This document shows, in pieces, positions 20,004-29,432 of a stretch of DNA of 64,000 nucleotides; the first letter of the stretch is position 1, and each line of letters starts with the position of its first letter. Origin of the DNA: an uncultured virus (IMG/VR IMGVR_UViG_3300034520_000374). Its lineage: Duplodnaviria > Heunggongvirae > Uroviricota > Caudoviricetes. The stretch is taken from the IMG/VR virus record IMGVR_UViG_3300034520_000374. The stretch is one strand, 5' to 3'. The position numbers and the translations under genes were made by a program. A model generated the notes under the pieces. The model was not told the DNA's origin, did no database searches, and saw only the letters and a program-made list of their open reading frames with translations.

Positions 20004-21983
20004 GTGGTGATAGGCGTGCCAATAGGTTTAATTGTCGTTATGGGTGCTGTGGTTGCCGCTGGTGTGTTTATAATATTAACAGGCGGTAAACCCAAGCACA
20101 AGCAGGAGGCTAAGCAGGCAAAGACTTATATAAAGTTGTTTGAGTTTCTGTCTTCTTTCTTCCTGACGCAGAAGAAAATAGCAAAGATTTATAATCGGGT
20201 AGCCATGCTGTCTATTTATAGTAGGCGAGAAATAGCAGCTTTAGCCGCGAAATATTGGTTGCTGTCTACAGGTGTGCAGCTTGGGCTCATAGTAGGTGCA
20301 ATTACTCTGTTTCATGATGTTATATCGGTGCTGATTTGCATTATGTTTGCAGTATTAGTTGGGGATATACTTGTAGATAAGCAGCTTGACTCCTCGGTGA
20401 TAAAGGTAAACAAGGCATTAAAAAGTTTTATATCAGACTTGAGGCAGGAATACTTAAAGTATGGTTCAGTGCCTGAAGCAATGGCCGAGGCAATTGCAAG
20501 GTGCAATACAATTATTAGACGACCAATGGAGGAGATACATTCAATACTTACAACAGGCAATGGTGAGCTGAGGTTACAAGAATTTTATGAATCGACGCCA
20601 TTTAGAGCGATTCAGACATTGGCTGGTGTTTGCTATAACATTCATAACTATGGTGATAGTAAGGACGACAGCGGGCAGTCAAATTTTATTCAGGCATTGA
20701 CTATCATGGTGAACGATATTAACTTCGAGCTCGAGATGATGACTAAGCAGAAGGCTAAGTTCGGGTACATTGAGTACTTGCCGTTCGTACCGGTATTCGG
20801 TATGCCATTAATAGAGACCTATTTTAAGTCAATCATGCCTGGTACGGCTTTAATATACAACGGTATTTTTGGATACCTTGCAAGAATGGTGATACTGCTA
20901 AGCGCAATCATATCTTACAAGGTCATATCAGGGATGGCTAGTATAAATGCGTTCAAGGAAGACGACAGAGACCCTTGGGTAATAAAGCTACTTTCATACA
21001 AGAAATTTGCCAAGTTTATTGACGATATAACACCAAAGGGAAAGAAAAAGGAACGGTTAGAAAACAAGTTAAAGTCCGTATTGTCTCGCATGGATGTTAG
21101 GCAGTTTTACACAAAAAAAGTTGTATCTGCTGTTGGAGCATTTCTGGTGTTTTTGCTTGTTATAAGTTGTGCATTGTCTTTAGGTAGGGACTTTATTAAA
21201 ACCAGCACGCAGCAGTTATCTCTGATTGCTACAAATGAAATGGAAAAATACTCACCTGAGTTAATTCGAAAAATGGATGAGCAATACCTATATTCAAATA
21301 AGCAGTGGTCGGATGATGAGCTGAAATCATTGGTGAAGTCTTACATGTCAGGGCTGTCAGATTTGCAGGTATTGGACCAGGTGAAAAGGCTAAAGGACAA
21401 GAAGGAGAGCCTGGAGAAAGCATATTTCCACTGGTGGTTTATATGGGTATGTTTTTTAGTCGGAGTGGCTGGTTGGTTTGCACCTGACATTTCATTAATA
21501 CTTAGGAGATATATAGTTGACACAGAAGGGGATACGGACTTCTTGCAGTTGCAGACATTGATGAGTATTTTGATGTTCATGAATATAGATACCCTTGAGG
21601 CTTTAAGGCAGTTATATCAGCATTCAAGGATTCATAAGGACATGTTGCTGTACTGCTATCATAATTTCCCGTCCAATCCTGAAAAGGAATTAACAAGGCT
21701 GCAGTCAAAAACGCCTATCATTGAGTTCAAGAGGTTCATAGGGAAATTAATGCTGACTATTAATGACTTGTCATTGAGGGAAGCATTCAGTGACCTTGTA
21801 ATTGAAAGAGATTACATTCAGAAGATTCGTGAGATCACAGCTAACTCTGCACTAGACAAGAAGAGAGCTTTGTGCGGACCTTTATCAATGGTGCCTTTAG
21901 GTCTTACAATAATTGGTGAGCTTATCATACCATTAGGTATGTTAGGCATGAATGAATTTATGAAGGCATTACATTCCATGTAA
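20004..21983 (+). CDS. Polytopic membrane platform protein, TadB/TadC-like (possibly fused)
   Basis: Multiple TM segments alternating with two helical cytoplasmic regions; directly after cpaF. Confidence 0.6.
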   Translation: MVIGVPIGLIVVMGAVVAAGVFIILTGGKPKHKQEAKQAKTYIKLFEFLSSFFLTQKKIAKIYNRVAMLSIYSRREIAALAAKYWLLSTGVQLGLIVGAITLFHDVISVLICIMFAVLVGDILVDKQLDSSVIKVNKALKSFISDLRQEYLKYGSVPEAMAEAIARCNTIIRRPMEEIHSILTTGNGELRLQEFYESTPFRAIQTLAGVCYNIHNYGDSKDDSGQSNFIQALTIMVNDINFELEMMTKQKAKFGYIEYLPFVPVFGMPLIETYFKSIMPGTALIYNGIFGYLARMVILLSAIISYKVISGMASINAFKEDDRDPWVIKLLSYKKFAKFIDDITPKGKKKERLENKLKSVLSRMDVRQFYTKKVVSAVGAFLVFLLVISCALSLGRDFIKTSTQQLSLIATNEMEKYSPELIRKMDEQYLYSNKQWSDDELKSLVKSYMSGLSDLQVLDQVKRLKDKKESLEKAYFHWWFIWVCFLVGVAGWFAPDISLILRRYIVDTEGDTDFLQLQTLMSILMFMNIDTLEALRQLYQHSRIHKDMLLYCYHNFPSNPEKELTRLQSKTPIIEFKRFIGKLMLTINDLSLREAFSDLVIERDYIQKIREITANSALDKKRALCGPLSMVPLGLTIIGELIIPLGMLGMNEFMKALHSM

Positions 21984-22117
21984 ATGTCTTCATAGACAAG
22001 AATATACCGGGGGTGATGACCTGTGTGATGACGTGACTTTCAGATATAAGTGTTAAAAGGAGGAGTAGGGTTTAGGCTCCAAAATTAAGATTACTTTAGG
22101 TTTAGGAGGGTGATTTT

Positions 22118-22780
22118 ATGGAAAAGGAAATCAGCTCAGGTACTATGTTGGGTATAGTGCTTATTGCACTGGCAGCTATCATCGGAATCGGTTTCGGTAT
22201 CTTCTCAATTGCGAAAGGTACCGCAAACGAAGGTGTTGTTAACGTCCAAGACAACCTTGCTCAGGTAAACGCTTCGTCTTTCACAGATTATGACCAGAAA
22301 GTTGTCACCGGAACTCAGGTTGTTAGTGCTTACAACAACTTCGCGGGTAAGTCTTATGCAATCCTGATTGCAACGCAAGCCTACATTGATAACTCTTCTG
22401 AAGCTACAATTCCTGGATTGTCTGCAGCTCCGAAAGTTGATGCATACTCTGGTGATCCTGGAACAACCGCTACTGTAATGAACGCTACTACATCGAATGG
22501 TACCACAGTACCTCTTAAGTTCTTGAACTACAACGCTGTGTTGTCCAATGGTGGTAGTGGCAATGCCAAAATTTACTTCAAAGATGGTGTGTATAAGGCT
22601 ATCAGCGGATTTAACCTCGACACCAGTGGTAAGATTATCTTCAATACAGTTATCAGCAATCTGAGCAAGTCTGGCACTGTTGAGTATGTTCCTTCAAGTG
22701 GAAGGTTCCAAGCTAACCTGATTAAGGATATGTCCGGTACAATTATGGGCATTGCGTTCCAGCAACTCACAGTTAAGTAA
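22118..22780 (+). CDS. Putative major pilin-like protein
   Basis: N-terminal hydrophobic helix, DYDQKVVTGTQV motif, C-terminal FQANLIKD..G.I.GIAFQQ; strong RBS; high-expression-like codons; own terminator. Confidence 0.6.
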   Translation: MEKEISSGTMLGIVLIALAAIIGIGFGIFSIAKGTANEGVVNVQDNLAQVNASSFTDYDQKVVTGTQVVSAYNNFAGKSYAILIATQAYIDNSSEATIPGLSAAPKVDAYSGDPGTTATVMNATTSNGTTVPLKFLNYNAVLSNGGSGNAKIYFKDGVYKAISGFNLDTSGKIIFNTVISNLSKSGTVEYVPSSGRFQANLIKDMSGTIMGIAFQQLTVK

Positions 22781-22794
22781 CGGTAATTAATCCT

Positions 22795-22824
22795 AAAGCC
22801 CCTCGATGAGGGGCTTTTATTTTT
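22795..22824 (+). terminator. Intrinsic terminator after the major pilin-like gene
   Basis: aaagcccctc-gat-gaggggcttt followed by tattttt. Confidence 0.85.
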
Positions 22825-22916
22825 GCTTATTGCGGCATCGCATCTGGCTTTATGTTGTATAGCTATTATAGAAATGAGGCTAGTAGCAAAAAGACTTGAT
22901 AACAGGGGGAATATCT

Positions 22917-23576
22917 ATGGATAGAGAGATAAGCACAGGTACGATGCTTGGCATAACATTAATTGCCTTGGCGGCAATCATAGGAATAGGGTTCGGTATA
23001 TTTTCAATTGCCAGGAGCACAGCTAATGAAGGCGTTATGAATATTCAAGATGACTTAGCTCAAGTAAACGCGTCAGCTTTTCAGGACTATGACCAGAAAG
23101 TAGTCACAGGTACTCAGGTGAAAAGTGCCTATGACAGCTTTGCAGGAAAGCCATATGCAATATTAATAGCCACACAAGCGTACATTGATAAATCAACGCT
23201 AACAACAATACCAGGTTTATCGGCTGCACCTAAAATCTCAGCTTACAGCGGTAATGTAGGCTCTACAACAGCTATGACGGCACCAACATCAGCTGGAACA
23301 AGCGTGAACTTAAAGTTTTTGAACTACAATGCTATTTTAGGTGGTGGCACTGCAGGTACTTGTAAGATTTACTTCAAAGATGGTGTGTATACGTGCACAA
23401 GTGGTTTTGACCTAAATACAAATGGGATAGTCAATTATAATTTTATAATAGGCAATCTATCTTTATCAGGAGCAGTGGAGTATGTAGCACCTACAACTAG
23501 ATTTCAGGCTAATTTAATCAAAGACCCTGGCGGTGAGATAATCGGCATAGCATTCCAGCAGGTAAAGATTAATTAA
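22917..23576 (+). CDS. Pilin-like protein, close paralog of 22118..22780 (ORF track start 22896)
   Basis: MDREISTGTMLGITLIALAAIIGIGFGIFSIA is near-identical to the previous gene; similarity runs along the whole length. Confidence 0.65.
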   Translation: MDREISTGTMLGITLIALAAIIGIGFGIFSIARSTANEGVMNIQDDLAQVNASAFQDYDQKVVTGTQVKSAYDSFAGKPYAILIATQAYIDKSTLTTIPGLSAAPKISAYSGNVGSTTAMTAPTSAGTSVNLKFLNYNAILGGGTAGTCKIYFKDGVYTCTSGFDLNTNGIVNYNFIIGNLSLSGAVEYVAPTTRFQANLIKDPGGEIIGIAFQQVKIN

Positions 23577-23598
23577 TAAATGGTAGGTGGTATGAGAC

Positions 23599-24081
23599 AT
23601 GATGGAGGAAATAAGGCAGACAGTCTATATAGCTGTGTCTGCAATCTTGCTATCTATAGTACTAACATTTGCATCTGTGGTAATACGTATAGAAAGCGAT
23701 TTTGCTACAATACGGAATGATGAGCTAGCCGCCAATCAAGCACTCCAGCAAGCTCACAAGTTTAACAAGTACGATAACAAGATAATCTCTGGGGACGATG
23801 TAATTGAGCTCATAAGGATGTATTACGATGGCGGTATTGAGATTTATATTAATACACCTGACGGAACCAGTGGACCTATAAGAATAAATTCTCAGACAGT
23901 TAGAGCTAATCCATCGTTAGTTAGCCTTTCATACCTGCAGTCAAAGTTTACGCCTTCTAAGAAGTTTTTAGCTCAGATAGTGTATAACGCAGTAGACCCG
24001 GCCACTGTTACATCACCTATGATTAATAAACCTGTAGGGTCAGAAGTAACAGGCATTTCGCTGAGGTGGATTAGCAATTAG
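23599..24081 (+). CDS. Minor pilin-like protein
   Basis: N-terminal TM; FNKYDNKIISGDDV motif shared with the major pilin. Confidence 0.55.
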   Translation: MMEEIRQTVYIAVSAILLSIVLTFASVVIRIESDFATIRNDELAANQALQQAHKFNKYDNKIISGDDVIELIRMYYDGGIEIYINTPDGTSGPIRINSQTVRANPSLVSLSYLQSKFTPSKKFLAQIVYNAVDPATVTSPMINKPVGSEVTGISLRWISN

Positions 24082-24094
24082 TGGGGTGGTAAGC

Positions 24095-24526
24095 TTGGAT
24101 GATATAATAAAGGAATATATAAAGATAATCATGGATTTAGTGCTAGCCTCGTTGCTTCTGACTGTCATAGTCATTTTCAATACTTTGTCGCACAGCGTCG
24201 CAAATGACATGGAGCTACAGCGGGAGGCAGTACAGCAAATTGAGGAATACAATAAAGTATATCCCTACGACAATAAGGAGGTTGTGGGGAGCGACATAAT
24301 TGAAGCAGTGGTCAAATTTGCTAGGTATTATAACTTCGAAATAGTTATAGGCAGCACTATCTATAAAATAGACAGTAACACGGAAAAGGCTTTAGGCAGC
24401 AAGATTTGGACAGAGGAATATATAGTAAATAGCGTGCTGCAGAGCGATGTGGCATCTAAATTTCAAGCCACTCTTATAAAAGATAATTACGGGTACATCA
24501 GCGGTATAAAATTTGTCAAGAAGTGA
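24095..24526 (+). CDS. Minor pilin-like protein (TTG 24095; ORF track start 24086)
   Basis: N-terminal TM; YPYDNKEVVGSDI and FQATLIKDNYGYISGIKF motifs shared with the major pilin. Confidence 0.6.
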   Translation: MDDIIKEYIKIIMDLVLASLLLTVIVIFNTLSHSVANDMELQREAVQQIEEYNKVYPYDNKEVVGSDIIEAVVKFARYYNFEIVIGSTIYKIDSNTEKALGSKIWTEEYIVNSVLQSDVASKFQATLIKDNYGYISGIKFVKK

Positions 24527-24538
24527 GGTGGTGTATAC

Positions 24539-24967
24539 ATGGAAAGAGAGGTTTCTACAGCAGCTGGCCTGGCAGTAACAATGATTGCCATATCGGCATT
24601 ATTGTGGATAGTCATATTTACGGTTAAAGTTGGCAATGACGTAAAGGTAAATGCTGTAGAAAGTGGGGTAAACCTGCAGACAACTATTAAAACAGGGCAA
24701 GTTGAGAGTATGACGGTAGAAAACATAGTGATTCCAGCTGCAGCTGCGTATCATTTCTTCGAGACAAACTATCGGGTTATTGAGTCTTCTCAGTGTAAGA
24801 TTTGCGGCAAAACATACGGTGCTGGTCAGGCAGGGAAATGTTTACTGGAGCACTTAACAGGAAAAGTATCACTGCAGATTATAAAGGTAGGAGACGAGAG
24901 GTACAAAGTCATAATACACAAGCCTGATTGCACTTGGGAATCAGGTACTTGTACTTGTGGTAGGTAG
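24539..24967 (+). CDS. Minor pilin-like protein with Cys-rich C-terminus
   Basis: MEREVSTAAGLAVTMIAISALL resembles the major pilin N-terminus; CKIC, C and CTWESGTCTC. Confidence 0.5.
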   Translation: MEREVSTAAGLAVTMIAISALLWIVIFTVKVGNDVKVNAVESGVNLQTTIKTGQVESMTVENIVIPAAAAYHFFETNYRVIESSQCKICGKTYGAGQAGKCLLEHLTGKVSLQIIKVGDERYKVIIHKPDCTWESGTCTCGR

Positions 24968-24976
24968 GTGATAGGC

Positions 24977-25414
24977 ATGACAGAAGGAATACTTGACGTT
25001 TTAATAGGAGTAATAGTACTTGGAATAGTGGTTTCTATGGCTTTCGGCTCAGTAATACCTTTAGTGGAGACTAGTTACAGCGATAAGGTTTCTCAAATGT
25101 ACGATAAGACAGTATCAAAAACGTTCGGTGAAGATGTGTCACAGTTAAATAATTATGACGGGTACATGGATAAATTGGAGGCTGTTCTTGTAACACAGGT
25201 GCTCGATTATGGTATGCCTGAGCCTAAAGTGATTAAGGTGGGAAGCACAACGGTTAATATTACTTCGACATACCGCGAGGAGCTTATAGGATACGCTAAT
25301 ATAATTTGGAACAGCATAAAAGGAGATTCCAGCAGTACAAGGTACAAATACGTTTATAATTTTGGAAGCGACACAACAAAAGGTGATGAGGCTTACGAAA
25401 TAGTGCGTAAATGA
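24977..25414 (+). CDS. Minor pilin-like single-TM protein (ORF track start 24968)
   Basis: N-terminal TM; NNYDG motif; position in pilin cluster. Confidence 0.45.
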   Translation: MTEGILDVLIGVIVLGIVVSMAFGSVIPLVETSYSDKVSQMYDKTVSKTFGEDVSQLNNYDGYMDKLEAVLVTQVLDYGMPEPKVIKVGSTTVNITSTYREELIGYANIIWNSIKGDSSSTRYKYVYNFGSDTTKGDEAYEIVRK

Positions 25415-25431
25415 GAGGGTAGGTGAGATAG

Positions 25432-25881
25432 ATGAGCGACTTTCTTAATAAAGTTGTAACGTTAATATTAATTTTTATCATGCTTGTTTTGGCCCCAATG
25501 CTCATATCTTACATGATGACAGACATGAGGGCACAGAGGCTCGTTCTTAACGAGGTATCTATGTTTATAGACAAAGTAACAGATAAAGGTACTATTACGC
25601 AGTCCGATTTAGACCAACTGTATTTGTCTGTAAACTCTCACGGAAAAACATTGGACGTAACAGTAAAAAGGTTTGTTAGAGTAGCATCGTTGGACCAGAG
25701 TACAGGGCAGGTAAGGACTTTGTATTTTGCAGCTGACGATATAAGTGCATTGAATCCAGGTGATATAGTTCAGGTCACCGTCAGGGAAGTAGGCAGGTCT
25801 CCTTTAAGGTCATTGACATACAGCATATTAAAAATAGACATAGGTAAATTTGAGTTTTCATTGGCAGGGGCGGTGAGGTAA
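25432..25881 (+). CDS. Minor pilin or TadE-like single-TM protein
   Basis: N-terminal TM, then a helix and LNPGDIVQVTV beta strand; cluster context. Confidence 0.45.
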   Translation: MSDFLNKVVTLILIFIMLVLAPMLISYMMTDMRAQRLVLNEVSMFIDKVTDKGTITQSDLDQLYLSVNSHGKTLDVTVKRFVRVASLDQSTGQVRTLYFAADDISALNPGDIVQVTVREVGRSPLRSLTYSILKIDIGKFEFSLAGAVR

Positions 25882-26871
25882 TTGAAGGTATGGACATCAG
25901 TTTTTAATTTTATAGCCATAATGATTTTAATGATGCTCATTGTAGTATATTATAATACAGCAACTGTGATTGACCGTGAGTTTCAGGAAGAAAGACTTAG
26001 GTTAGCTGTGGACTACGCAGCAGAAGCCGCTTTTCAGACAAGTTTAACTGTAGAAGACCTAGGTATGGAGTATTTGGACATGAGCAATGTCACGGTTAAC
26101 CCTGGTAATTGTCTCGACATATTCAAGTCTGTGCTTTGCTTAAACTACAATATGTCCGCGAGCGAGGAGAATCTAGCACATTTAGATAACTATATACCAA
26201 CTGGAGTTCTGTGCGGGAACAATGGGTATTATATATTAACAATGTCAGAGGATGATACTACACCTACAAATGGCGTGAAGGGTGGAGAGTATTGCCTTAG
26301 GTGGAGCGTGAAAAAGCCGTACACAGTAAGAATAGGAAATACATACTATGCCGTAGATATACGTAGGGGTTCCTGGGTATCTGTACGAGATAATGGAGGA
26401 AACCTAGAGGTTAGCGAGGGTACTTCGTTACCGTATGGCATAGATAAAGATGGCGTGTTGCGACTGGTAAATACAAGGATTGCACAGGATATGTTGTATG
26501 AAATACAGCGTAGAAATTTTAACAAAGAGGCATGGGAATACAAATTCTACCTGCCACCAGTTCAGACAACATCAGGTGTAAACCCAATAACTGGGCCTTC
26601 GTTATTAATATTCGTTGAGGGAGTAGACTTTGCATCTCCGGTTAAGGTGGATGCAGTAAGCGTAGCAGGGTTCAAGACAATAAGGAAGAAGGTAGTTATC
26701 GGGTACAAAGACCCATCAACAGGTAGAAAGTACTACGCGTATGAAGGTCAACTACCAAGCTCATTATTACCGTATGCTGATAACTATTATAATGACGTTG
26801 AGGACGCAGCCAAAGCTGGATATGCTCCGAACTATGACTTTATACAGAAAAAAGTTAATTACGATGAATAA
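25882..26871 (+). CDS. TadG-like or tip pseudopilin-like single-TM protein
   Basis: N-terminal TM then RLRLAVDYAAEAA, resembling the Tad pseudopilin LQxAxDxAAxAA helix. Confidence 0.5.
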   Translation: MKVWTSVFNFIAIMILMMLIVVYYNTATVIDREFQEERLRLAVDYAAEAAFQTSLTVEDLGMEYLDMSNVTVNPGNCLDIFKSVLCLNYNMSASEENLAHLDNYIPTGVLCGNNGYYILTMSEDDTTPTNGVKGGEYCLRWSVKKPYTVRIGNTYYAVDIRRGSWVSVRDNGGNLEVSEGTSLPYGIDKDGVLRLVNTRIAQDMLYEIQRRNFNKEAWEYKFYLPPVQTTSGVNPITGPSLLIFVEGVDFASPVKVDAVSVAGFKTIRKKVVIGYKDPSTGRKYYAYEGQLPSSLLPYADNYYNDVEDAAKAGYAPNYDFIQKKVNYDE

Positions 26872-26919
26872 AGGCGTGATAGTATAATTAACAAATAGTA
26901 AATAGGGAGCGTGGAGTAA

Positions 26920-27804
26920 GTGGGAATCTCATACAGCGAGGTAGTTGATAACGGCTTAATATCTGACGAAGTGCTCGAATATATTCCAAGCACCTGCGAA
27001 ACTTGCGGGGCGGAGATTTACTTTACAGACAGCTTAAAGCAGATTTACTGCCCAAACAGGTTCTGTCCAGACAAGGTAGCTGCACGTTTAGAATACATGG
27101 CAAAACAGATGAAGGCAGACGGATGGGGCTACAGCACCTGCTGGGAAGTTTGCAGGATTTTCAAGCTCAAATCTCCATATCAGGTATTCCTTTTAGAAGG
27201 CAAGCAGTGCAGCGATGTACCTGCATTTGATAAAAAGATTGCCTCTATATGTGACAGGAATAAACGCAGGGTAAGATTGTGGGAAGTCGTGAAGCTTGCC
27301 GGAATACCAAGCATAGAAAATATAGCTTACAAGATTTTTGGCGGTTACAAGACATTGAAAGAAGCCTACGACGACATAGAGACATATCAAGTAATGTTTA
27401 TCGCGGATAAGTTAGGCTTGAGGAACGCCGAAACAAGTGTCATGGCAGTTAATATTTACAATACACTCATAGAATATAAAAACGAGTTACTTTTCGGCGA
27501 GACGCAATTCGATGTATATACACCTGAAGGCGACGAGCTACAAATTGCAATTACAGGTGGCGTGAACGGGTTCCCGAACAAGTCGGAGTTCGTCAATTAT
27601 ATAAACAGGCGTTATGCTGGCAAGGTCAATGCAATGTTAATGAACTCTGTTACTTCTAAAACTCATGTGCTCGTTGCGGATGGAGACTTGTACTCTAACA
27701 AGTATAAAACGGCATGTAAACTAATAGAAAAAGGACATGGCATAAAGATTATGACCAGTCAGGAATTAATAGCATGGCTCGACGAAAAATACGGAAAAGC
27801 ATAA
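26920..27804 (+). CDS. NAD-dependent DNA ligase C-terminal module only (C4 Zn finger, HhH, BRCT)
   Basis: PSTCETCG...YCPNRFCP; GIPSI; IAITGG...SVTSKTHVLVAD...KIMTSQEL (BRCT); no KxDG adenylation domain. Confidence 0.75.
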   Translation: MGISYSEVVDNGLISDEVLEYIPSTCETCGAEIYFTDSLKQIYCPNRFCPDKVAARLEYMAKQMKADGWGYSTCWEVCRIFKLKSPYQVFLLEGKQCSDVPAFDKKIASICDRNKRRVRLWEVVKLAGIPSIENIAYKIFGGYKTLKEAYDDIETYQVMFIADKLGLRNAETSVMAVNIYNTLIEYKNELLFGETQFDVYTPEGDELQIAITGGVNGFPNKSEFVNYINRRYAGKVNAMLMNSVTSKTHVLVADGDLYSNKYKTACKLIEKGHGIKIMTSQELIAWLDEKYGKA

Positions 27805-27846
27805 ACATAAATCCCTGGCGGTGTACGTCAGGGGATTTATGTTTAT
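27801..27846 (+). terminator. Hairpin or terminator overlapping the ligase-module stop codon
   Basis: ataaacataaatccc...gggatttatgtttat inverted repeat. Confidence 0.6.
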
Positions 27847-27871
27847 AAAAGACATTGAGGGGAGAGGACTT

Positions 27872-28957
27872 ATGATGGGTGGCAGCCCATTGCATGTTGG
27901 GGACAAACCTGTCAATATAGTTAAAAGGCTGCTGCACGAGCAGGTAGCATTCGCAGCAAAGAAGTACAGTTTGCCAGGCTCAGATTTATTCCTAAAATTA
28001 GATACATGCACTGAAATGAGGCATTACATTTACAATAATTTAGTCAGCAGGTATAGGAACAGTAGAGTTGCACTTGAGTTACCTGCAGCATTCGGTGCAA
28101 TGACCATGCTACATGCACTGGAACATGCTTTTGTGTTTATAGTTGACCTAGAGATGGTCAAGCAATCACTCAGCGACGAGTTAGTAGCCGGTGTAATGTC
28201 ATCTTTTAAGATGCCTTGCGACAGCGTTGTAATGCTCATTAAAGATGGTGATGGCTACGCAGATACAATATTGCTATGTTATTATTGCGGGTTCGACTAC
28301 AATAATGGTGCGAAAAGTGGCAAGACGTACGAAGTTCAGAGCATAAAGATTGTAAAGGATTACAGCGGATGGCAGTATGTTACTACTGCTTCAGGGTTAT
28401 TTATACCTGTGATAGCACCCAGGTTGGTCTTGATGTGCGGTTACGAGAGCGCAACGTGTAGCAGCAGGACGAAGACGGAAATAACAAAACATGTCATTGA
28501 TTGCAGCACATCTGAAGCTTACCCGAATACTGCACATATTGCGTGCTTAAAATCTTTGAGGACAATAGCAACTTGCAGTGGCGTGACCAAGAAGGAAAAT
28601 GCACGCTTGTATTTGCTGACTATAGCTTTATGTAAGGCATTAGAAGCGTTTTATAATCGTGTATCTGTCAGCAGGCAAGCTTCAGTCAGCAAGAATATTT
28701 ATTCAGGTGCAAGACCAGTGAATAATCAGCAGAGTGCGTACGGTTATTCTGCGGAGCGAACTATTGATTTAACAAAGCCTATAGTGGAGTATCGTGGGGC
28801 ACAGAGTACCGGCAGGCACCATAGTAAACATGCTTCTCCGAGACAACATATTAGGAAAAGCCACGTAAGAAGGCTTAAGGACGGCAGGGTAGTAGTTGTT
28901 CGCGAGACAATTATTAATCGTGGTAAAAGCGTTAAGAAAGTAGATTATGAGGTGTAA
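27872..28957 (+). CDS. Hypothetical protein with basic C-terminal HASPRQHIRKSHVRR motif (ORF track start 27821)
   Basis: Long ORF; RBS before ATG 27872; SPRxHxRxxHxR-type basic tail as I recall from phage hypothetical proteins. Confidence 0.6.
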   Translation: MMGGSPLHVGDKPVNIVKRLLHEQVAFAAKKYSLPGSDLFLKLDTCTEMRHYIYNNLVSRYRNSRVALELPAAFGAMTMLHALEHAFVFIVDLEMVKQSLSDELVAGVMSSFKMPCDSVVMLIKDGDGYADTILLCYYCGFDYNNGAKSGKTYEVQSIKIVKDYSGWQYVTTASGLFIPVIAPRLVLMCGYESATCSSRTKTEITKHVIDCSTSEAYPNTAHIACLKSLRTIATCSGVTKKENARLYLLTIALCKALEAFYNRVSVSRQASVSKNIYSGARPVNNQQSAYGYSAERTIDLTKPIVEYRGAQSTGRHHSKHASPRQHIRKSHVRRLKDGRVVVVRETIINRGKSVKKVDYEV

Positions 28958-28960
28958 ATT

Positions 28961-29317
28961 ATGCTTATTACATGTAGAGTTGGCAGTCAGGTAACCGCAG
29001 ACATAAAGTTGCAGGTAACACGTTCAAAGAAGGGTTTGCGAGAAGGTTGGCTGTGGGTGCCGGAACTATCGCCCTCACCGGCACTTTTTAGGGACTATTT
29101 AACATGGCGTGAAAAAGGATTATGGCCTGCAAAGTGGGACGAGTATAAAATAAGGTTCTTAGCAGAGATGAAGTCTCCTGAAGCCATTAAGTGCATAAAT
29201 TACATACGAGAGCTACTTAAAAGTGACAAGAGCGTTGCACTTGCATGTTTTTGTTATGACGAGCGTTTCTGTCACAGGAGTTTACTGAGGAATATAATTG
29301 AGGAAGCTTTGCAATAG
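28961..29317 (+). CDS. DUF488-family protein
   Basis: ELSPSPALF...WDEYKIRFLAEM...VALACFC...FCHRSLL. Confidence 0.7.
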   Translation: MLITCRVGSQVTADIKLQVTRSKKGLREGWLWVPELSPSPALFRDYLTWREKGLWPAKWDEYKIRFLAEMKSPEAIKCINYIRELLKSDKSVALACFCYDERFCHRSLLRNIIEEALQ

Positions 29318-29432
29318 TATAAGATAGCCTAGATATTCAAATTTTCAACACCACAGTCAAATGTTTCTTTTGTCCTAGTTTGACGGCGTTATAGTAGGTA
29401 TTATGAAATATAAATTTTAGGAGGTAGATAAA

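Noticed and set aside
22118..23576. Diversity-generating retroelement template/variable repeat pair
   Set aside because: Differences are mostly synonymous and not adenine-specific; no reverse transcriptase in the window
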